Assembly (NCBI GenBank): GCA_032128395.1
Contig: JAQBGV010000193.1
Coordinates: forward strand, 7,764-71,763
DNA: 64,000 bases
Direction: 5' to 3'
Source: Planctomycetota bacterium
GTDB taxonomy: Bacteria; Planctomycetota; UBA8108; UBA1146
The position numbers and the translations under genes are program-made. Position 1 is the first letter of the stretch. Every line of letters begins with the position of its first letter. Under the pieces are notes generated by a model. The model had not been told where the DNA came from. It saw only the letters and a program-made list of their open reading frames with translations, and did not search any database. Shown here one piece after another: positions 58,691 through 64,000 of the stretch.

Positions 58691-58900
58691 GGACTCCCTC
58701 CCCGCGCGTTCCCGGGGCATTCGCGGTGCGAACCCGGTCCCGGACCGAGTCTTTTCGACCCCTTGTAGATCTGGCATCGCTTCCCCCACGATCCTCTGAA
58801 CGCTTGGCTGATCCGGAGCAGCGATCCAGTCCGGGGGCGGTACTATACCGGGGCGTGCCCCGCCGCGGGAACGGTCCCCGAACGAAGGAGTGAGAGTTCC

Positions 58901-59338
58901 ATGCTGCCCAACTCCGAGCAGCCCATTCCCGAACCGAGGCCCCGAATCGTCATCCGGACGCCGCTCTCCTTCTTCGAGTGGCTCCTCTTCGGATTTCTCC
59001 TGACGAGCGGCGCCCTCCACCTCTATGGCGGGTGGGGTCCGAGCTTCGACGGGGACCCGATGACGCGCGAGGGGCTCTGGGAGGTCGCGGTCGGGACCTT
59101 CTCCATTCTGCTCTCCGGCCAGGTCTTCCTGCGGACCCCGGCGGCGCGGTTCTCGATCTCGCTCCTCTTCCTGATGCAGGGGATCGCATTCGTCCAACGC
59201 TATGCCGTCTACCACCCGGAACGTTGGCTCCAAGCGACCGACCTGTTCCGCCTCCAGCGGCTCATCGAGTTGGGATTCTTCGCAATCGCGATCGTCCTCG
59301 TCCATGTACGACCGCGGAGGATCGAGGTGTTGTCGTGA
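58901..59338 (+). CDS. small integral membrane protein (4 predicted TM), hypothetical
   Basis: Hydrophobic segments FFEWLLFGFLLTSGALHLY, VAVGTFSILLSGQVF, ISLLFLMQGIAFV and LIELGFFAIAIVLV. AAGGAG upstream. Confidence 0.45.
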   Translation: MLPNSEQPIPEPRPRIVIRTPLSFFEWLLFGFLLTSGALHLYGGWGPSFDGDPMTREGLWEVAVGTFSILLSGQVFLRTPAARFSISLLFLMQGIAFVQRYAVYHPERWLQATDLFRLQRLIELGFFAIAIVLVHVRPRRIEVLS

Positions 59339-59844
59339 GCGCGACGATCCGTGACGCCAAACTCGAGGACCTGCCCCCGATCGACGCCATCTACCGACCC
59401 GAGGTCCTTCACGGGGTCGCCACCTTCGACACCGAGCCGAGGAGCGAGGCCGAGACCCGAGCCTGGTTCGAGAGGATCCGCAGCCGGGAGCTACCGGTGC
59501 GGGTCGCGATCGACCGAGAAGAACGGGTGATCGGCTACTCCTGCCTCGCTCCCTGGTCTCCGAAACCGGCCTACTCGATCACCGCGGAGAGCAGCGTGTA
59601 CGTCCACACGGACCACCGCAGCGCCGGGATCGGCCGCGCGTTGGTCACCGATCTGATCGAGTGGGCGCGGGAGCGATCGCTACAGCTCCTGGTCGCGCAG
59701 ATCGAGACGAGCGGCGGCGCGGCGAGCCGGAGGCTCCACACTTCGCTCGGCTTCGAACCGGTGGGGGTGTTGCACGGAGTCGGGCAGAAGTTCGGGCGAC
59801 TGCTCGATGTGGAGATCTTGGAGCTCAGGCTCTCTCACCCGTGA
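59335..59844 (+). CDS. GNAT-family N-acetyltransferase (PAT-like)
   Basis: GTG 59335 overlaps the upstream stop (GTGA). Acetyl-CoA motif RSAGIGRALVTDLIEWARERSL. Confidence 0.75.
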   Translation: MSATIRDAKLEDLPPIDAIYRPEVLHGVATFDTEPRSEAETRAWFERIRSRELPVRVAIDREERVIGYSCLAPWSPKPAYSITAESSVYVHTDHRSAGIGRALVTDLIEWARERSLQLLVAQIETSGGAASRRLHTSLGFEPVGVLHGVGQKFGRLLDVEILELRLSHP

Positions 59845-59944
59845 TCGGTGCCGGCTCTCCTCTCCGACGGCACCTCAGCAACCGTTCCCGCTCTCGCAGT
59901 CCAGACTCCGATTCGAGGTTTTTCGACCGCCTCCTAGGACCAAC

Positions 59945-61378
59945 TCAAGCGCGGTAGCGCACGGCCCAGGCGTGCTCGCACGGCGGGGTGGCGCGGACCG
60001 CGGCGGGGATTTCGACGATCGTCTCCGCGCCGCGGGAGCGCACGACGAGCGGTCCCCCGCCGCCGCCGAGAAGCTCGACCGCGCTTCCTTCCGCGACTCG
60101 ATCCGGGATGACGATCTCCTTCGGCGGAGCGACCTCCCCCTCAGGCGCGAGGTGGATCGCGAAGCGCTCGCTCCCCTTCTGGGTCAGCGCGACATTTCCC
60201 TTCCGGTAAGGAGGGAGCGCTCTCGTCCCATGGATCGCCTCCGCATTCACCGCCATCCACCGCGCGACCCCGCCGAGCCGCTCGTGCGCGATGGGGTCCC
60301 AGCGTCCGTCGGGACCGGGGCCGATGTTGAGGAGCAGATTCCCTCCCTTGGCGACCACTTCGACGAGGAGCTGCACCAGGTGTCGGACGCTCTTGTATCG
60401 GTCCCCCGGCTTGAAGGACCACTGGTCCCCCATCGTGATGCACGACTCCCACGCGTGCGGCAACGGTGCGGCGGGGACTTTCTGCTCGGGGGTGTAGTAA
60501 TTCTCGTGGGGCCCGGCGACCCAGCGATCGACGACGATCAGCTCGCGGTTGCGTTTCCGCGCCTGCCGAGCGATCGCATCGATCTCGATGTCGTACTTCG
60601 GCGGCTGCACCCAGGAACCATCGAACCAGAGGATGTCGGGGCGGTATCGCTCCATCAGTTCATCGATCTGGGCGTGGGTGAACTGTACGAAGCGCGCCCA
60701 TCGCTCCGGGTGCAGGGCGACATCGTAGTTCGGGAACTTGTCGGGAGCGGGGAGGGATGGGTCCCAGAAGTCGGGGTGGTTCCAGTCTGGCTTCGAATAG
60801 TACGCGCCGACCGGGAACCCCGCCTCGCGGAACGCCGAGAAGATCGTGCCGGTGACGTCCGCGCGCGGGTCATCGTGAAACGGGCAGCTCGGGTGAGTGA
60901 CGCGAAAGTCGGTGTGGCGCGTCTCGAACATGCAGAAGCCGTCGTGGTGCTTCGTGGTGAACATCAAGTAGCGCATCCCCGCGGCCCGAGCGGCTTCGAC
61001 CCAAGGCGCGACGTCGAGATCTCGAGGATCGAACACTCCCCGGAGCGCCCGATACCGCCGGCGGAACTCACGCAGGTCGTGTCCGCACTCCTCCCACTGC
61101 GGAAGAGATGTCCGCCCGTACCCCTCGACCCCCTCCATCGGCCACGATTCGACCGCCCCCCACTCGGCGTAGATCCCCCAGTGCATGAAGAGCCCGAACT
61201 TCCACTCCTGGAAGCGCTCGAGTCGCTCGCGCAGTACGGGATCATCGATCTGTTTCGGTGGGTATTCGCGGTCATCGAACGCGAGGAGCGACGCGCCGAG
61301 TCGTGGAGCCCACGGCGCGAGGGCGCCCGCGGCGAGCAGCGGAAGCGCGCGTCGGCGCGAGATCGGGGTGTTCTTCAT
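59945..61378 (-). CDS. alpha-L-fucosidase (GH29), Tat-exported
   Basis: Twin-arginine leader MKNTPISRRRALPLLAAGALA. GH29 core KFGLFMHWGIYAEWG, HHDGFCMFET, YYSKPDWNHPDFW. Confidence 0.85.
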   Translation of the reverse strand: MKNTPISRRRALPLLAAGALAPWAPRLGASLLAFDDREYPPKQIDDPVLRERLERFQEWKFGLFMHWGIYAEWGAVESWPMEGVEGYGRTSLPQWEECGHDLREFRRRYRALRGVFDPRDLDVAPWVEAARAAGMRYLMFTTKHHDGFCMFETRHTDFRVTHPSCPFHDDPRADVTGTIFSAFREAGFPVGAYYSKPDWNHPDFWDPSLPAPDKFPNYDVALHPERWARFVQFTHAQIDELMERYRPDILWFDGSWVQPPKYDIEIDAIARQARKRNRELIVVDRWVAGPHENYYTPEQKVPAAPLPHAWESCITMGDQWSFKPGDRYKSVRHLVQLLVEVVAKGGNLLLNIGPGPDGRWDPIAHERLGGVARWMAVNAEAIHGTRALPPYRKGNVALTQKGSERFAIHLAPEGEVAPPKEIVIPDRVAEGSAVELLGGGGGPLVVRSRGAETIVEIPAAVRATPPCEHAWAVRYRA

Positions 61379-61439
61379 CGAGATCCTCCAGACGGTTCCA
61401 CCCTCGAGCCGATCATAGAGGAAAGGCGCAGGGCCCAGC

Positions 61440-62282
61440 TCAGGTTGCCCCGCAATCGCGGTGAGGAACCGATCGATGAACGACGGAGAACCGCTCAGCT
61501 AGGCGCCGGGTGCTCACCCGGGAGTCCTCTGCTTCCGAGCAGTTCCAGGATCCACGCTTCCGCCTGCCGCAGTTTCGCCCCCAGTTCGACCTGGTCCCCG
61601 ACGAAAACAACGGCTCGAGCCGCCTGCGGACATCCGCGGGAAGGTCATGATCGAGGTAGCGGAGGCCGAAGGTCGCTCGAAAGGGGTCGTGCCTTATCCG
61701 CAGCAGCTCCACGAGGTGCCGGAGCGTGACCGACTGGTAGAACGCGAGGGCGTCGACCGGCTTCCCGCGGCGGAGCTCCTTGTCAGGGAGAACCCCCATC
61801 AGGCGATGACGCACTCGGATCGACTCGACGCGGCCATGGTTCTCCTCGTCGATCGTGTTCCGGTCGAGGGGCGCCGGGTCGACGATCCCGATCCGATCGA
61901 AGGCCATTCGCGCGTTCCCGTGTCTCTCGGGCTGCAGGAACAAATCCTTCGCGTCCGGGCGAGAGACCACCAAGTCGATGAAGTGATCGGGTGAGGCATC
62001 GCGCAGTCGGTAGAACGCCTGCGAGTGTCCGTGCCACGTCGGCTCGGGGAGACGGCAGCGGTCCGAGATCGGGGAGAGCTCGCCGAGGGTGTTCTCGACG
62101 AGGGTGAAGGCGTCCTCGACCCGCTCCGCTTCCGCGACCAGCACGAGATCGATGTCGGAGATGGCATCTTCGCGCCCGAAGGCGGCGGACCCTCCCTCCC
62201 ACGCCGCGAGAATCCACGGCGCTGCCTGACAGCGGTCGATCAACGCTTGCAGGAGGCGGGTTCGCCCGATCGGAGCGCTCAT
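61440..62282 (-). CDS. nucleotidyltransferase-domain protein (ANT(6)/AadK-like fold)
   Basis: NTase motif GGSAAFGREDAISDIDLVLVAE. The C-terminal ~60 aa are Arg/Ser-rich and atypical, so the true stop is uncertain. Confidence 0.55.
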   Translation of the reverse strand: MSAPIGRTRLLQALIDRCQAAPWILAAWEGGSAAFGREDAISDIDLVLVAEAERVEDAFTLVENTLGELSPISDRCRLPEPTWHGHSQAFYRLRDASPDHFIDLVVSRPDAKDLFLQPERHGNARMAFDRIGIVDPAPLDRNTIDEENHGRVESIRVRHRLMGVLPDKELRRGKPVDALAFYQSVTLRHLVELLRIRHDPFRATFGLRYLDHDLPADVRRRLEPLFSSGTRSNWGRNCGRRKRGSWNCSEAEDSRVSTRRLAERFSVVHRSVPHRDCGAT

Positions 62283-62845
62283 GGTTGCTCCGCGGCCGGG
62301 GTCGTCACAGGTGGTCGATTCGCCGTCACTTGCTTTCGCCGCCGCCGTTTTCGGAGCACCGGGGTCGCCCAGATGTACACCCCGCTGAAGCTGAGGAAGA
62401 GCAGAGCGAGCGCGACGATCGGCATCCCGTAGTCGTGCCAAACCTGCGCGAACCAACTTCCGTCGTGGATCGATTCGATCAAGTCGGAGGGTCGCCAGGT
62501 ATCGCTGAGCACCAAGCCGGTCACCGCGTCGACCTGGACCTCACGGTGTCCGTGAATCGACCGGACCTTGTGCACACGGCGCCCCGGGCGGAAGTCGATC
62601 CGCTCGATGTCGTCGATGGTCGCGAACACGGGATCGCCGGTATCGCGCGCGGCGGCGAGCACCACCGCGATCGACACGAACTGATCGGGTGTCCCCTCCG
62701 CCCCGATCTGGGTCGCGGGTTGGATCGACGTGAACTCCTTCTTCACCAGAAGGAGAAACCCGGTCACGGCGGTCGTGGCGATCACCAGGCAGATCGAGAG
62801 CCCGATCCACCGGTGGAGGTTCCAGAGGAGTTTGAAGAGGTTCAT
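62279..62845 (-). CDS. PepSY-associated TM helix family membrane protein
   Basis: MNLFKLLWNLHRWIGLSICLVIATTAVTGFLLL is the N-terminal PepSY_TM signature, with a second TM near the C-terminus. Confidence 0.6.
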   Translation of the reverse strand: MNLFKLLWNLHRWIGLSICLVIATTAVTGFLLLVKKEFTSIQPATQIGAEGTPDQFVSIAVVLAAARDTGDPVFATIDDIERIDFRPGRRVHKVRSIHGHREVQVDAVTGLVLSDTWRPSDLIESIHDGSWFAQVWHDYGMPIVALALLFLSFSGVYIWATPVLRKRRRRKQVTANRPPVTTPAAEQP

Positions 62846-62978
62846 GCGCGGGAGTGTCGCAAGGGGCGACCGGGTGGGCAACTCCAGTTTCAGGCCTCGT
62901 AGAGCACTCACGAGTCACCCCAACGAGCTCGCCTCTGGCTCGGGGGGGCTGGAACGATGAGGGGACTGGCTCTCCATT

Positions 62979-63350
62979 TCACTCGCCCCACGCTGCGCGA
63001 ATTCGCTTCAGCTTCGGGAACGGCCTCGGCCACGGCCACCACTTTCTCGGCCAGCGGATCTCGATCAGGTCGATGCGCACGCCACCCGGGCTTCGACTCC
63101 GTCCGTGCAACCATTCGGCGGCGCGGGCGATGCGTTGCATCTGGCGGGATGAGAGCTCGACCGGGTGGTCGCTGCTGCGAGTCTTCACCTCGACCACGAG
63201 TAACATCTTCGTCGATCGTTCGAGGGCGACGATGTCGATCTCGCCGATCGGGGTCCGCCGGTTTCGCGCGAGAATTCTTGCGCCGGTGAGGCGCAGGTAC
63301 CACACCGCGATGGTCTCCCCCCGACGACCGAGCGACGAGCGATGATCCGT
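62979..63350 (-). CDS. yraN: YraN/UPF0102-family endonuclease-like protein
   Basis: AVWYLRLTGARILARNRRTPIGEIDIVALERSTKMLLVVEVKTRS matches the YraN core. The start is uncertain (no in-frame ATG before rplS), so an alternative start codon is assumed. Confidence 0.5.
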   Translation of the reverse strand, partial: TDHRSSLGRRGETIAVWYLRLTGARILARNRRTPIGEIDIVALERSTKMLLVVEVKTRSSDHPVELSSRQMQRIARAAEWLHGRSRSPGGVRIDLIEIRWPRKWWPWPRPFPKLKRIRAAWGE

Positions 63351-63469
63351 TCTCCGTCGCTCGTCCGCATCCGGTCTCTCTGGATGCGCGAACCCCCCGG
63401 CCGGTCTCCCGGACGGGGGGTTCGCGGGATCCGCGGGCGCGGATCTTCGTCGTCGGTGCGTTGGTCGAT

Positions 63470-63937
63470 CTATTTTTCGGTGCCCCCCGCGACCGCCTCG
63501 GCGGCGGACTCGCTGAGCGCGTTCTCGAGACGAGGAGTTGGCGCGGGCATCCGGTCCGCCACCATCTTCGAAGGCTTTCGGCGATGCCGCACGCCGCCGA
63601 TCAGCTCGCGCACTTTGGTCGACTTGCCGACCCGGTCGCGTAGGTAGTAGAGCTTCGCGCGCCGGACGCGACCGCGACGCTTCACGACGATCTGCTCGAT
63701 CCAAGGGCTGTGCAGGGGAAAGACCCGCTCGACCCCTTCACCCGCGACGATGCGTCGCACCGTGAACGCGCTGCGATTCGAGGCGCTCTTTCGGGCGATC
63801 ACCGTTCCGGTGAAGATTTGGACCCGCTGCTTATCACCCTCGATGATGCGCACGTGCACATCGATCGTGTCCCCGATCTCGAAGACGGGTACTACGGTCT
63901 TGAGCTGGCGGCGTTCGTAGTCATCCATCAGGTTCAT
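63470..63937 (-). CDS. rplS: 50S ribosomal protein L19 with ~40-aa C-terminal extension
   Basis: MNLMDDYERRQLKTVVPVFEIGDTIDVHVRIIEGDKQRVQIFTGTVIARK...RRIVAGEGVERVFPLHSPWIEQIVVKRRGRVRRAKLYYLR is canonical L19, followed by a Lys/Arg/Ala-rich tail. Confidence 0.9.
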   Translation of the reverse strand: MNLMDDYERRQLKTVVPVFEIGDTIDVHVRIIEGDKQRVQIFTGTVIARKSASNRSAFTVRRIVAGEGVERVFPLHSPWIEQIVVKRRGRVRRAKLYYLRDRVGKSTKVRELIGGVRHRRKPSKMVADRMPAPTPRLENALSESAAEAVAGGTEK

Positions 63938-64000
63938 CGTCGGTCTCCGACTCTGCGGCGCTGGGTCGCTTCGCGCGCCCGCTGCCGTCGCCATTCTTCG

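Overview
This is a 64-kb, roughly 70% GC, gene-dense chromosomal segment. Its protein repertoire suggests a Planctomycetota-like (PVC) bacterium: dockerin-like Ca-binding modules, Tat/Sec-exported hydrolases, an FGE/SUMF1-domain lipoprotein, a GH29 fucosidase, a multiheme CxxCH protein next to a beta-propeller protein, and ECF sigma/anti-sigma pairs.

Recognisable housekeeping genes are thiC with an upstream TPP riboswitch, mfd, rnc, pilT, ndh (NDH-2), proline dehydrogenase, an MscS channel, an M16 peptidase, YceI, a NUDIX hydrolase, a GNAT acetyltransferase, rplS and yraN.

The accessory content is:
- a CDP-3,6-dideoxyhexose (ascarylose-like) sugar cluster (ddhA, ddhB, ddhC plus an SDR reductase and an RmlC-like epimerase) next to a GT2 glycosyltransferase;
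- two ECF sigma/anti-sigma modules, each followed by secreted proteins;
- a TPR / purple-acid-phosphatase / unknown-protein operon;
- a 1,347-aa secreted protein made of about 12 tandem Cys-rich ~88-aa modules, a 20-residue poly-Asp tract and a C-terminal dockerin-like module;
- three other proteins sharing the same dockerin-like module, each followed by a conserved PPPxAPFPxCG tail;
- a 1,387-aa membrane-anchored protein with no recognisable domain.

At the nucleotide level there are two families of intergenic palindromic repeats (a MITE-like element with ~40-bp terminal inverted repeats in three full copies, and a shorter GGGACTGTCCCGACGG-type element in at least four copies). There is an 18-bp x5 tandem repeat between the TPP aptamer and the thiC start codon, a (GAY)20 codon repeat, and several ATGA start/stop overlaps indicating translational coupling.

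No rRNA, tRNA or CRISPR array was found. Long Arg-rich antisense ORFs in the six-frame track are treated as high-GC artefacts. Coordinates for long ORFs follow the supplied track; my own line-based positions may be off by 1 nt in the 46-51 kb region.
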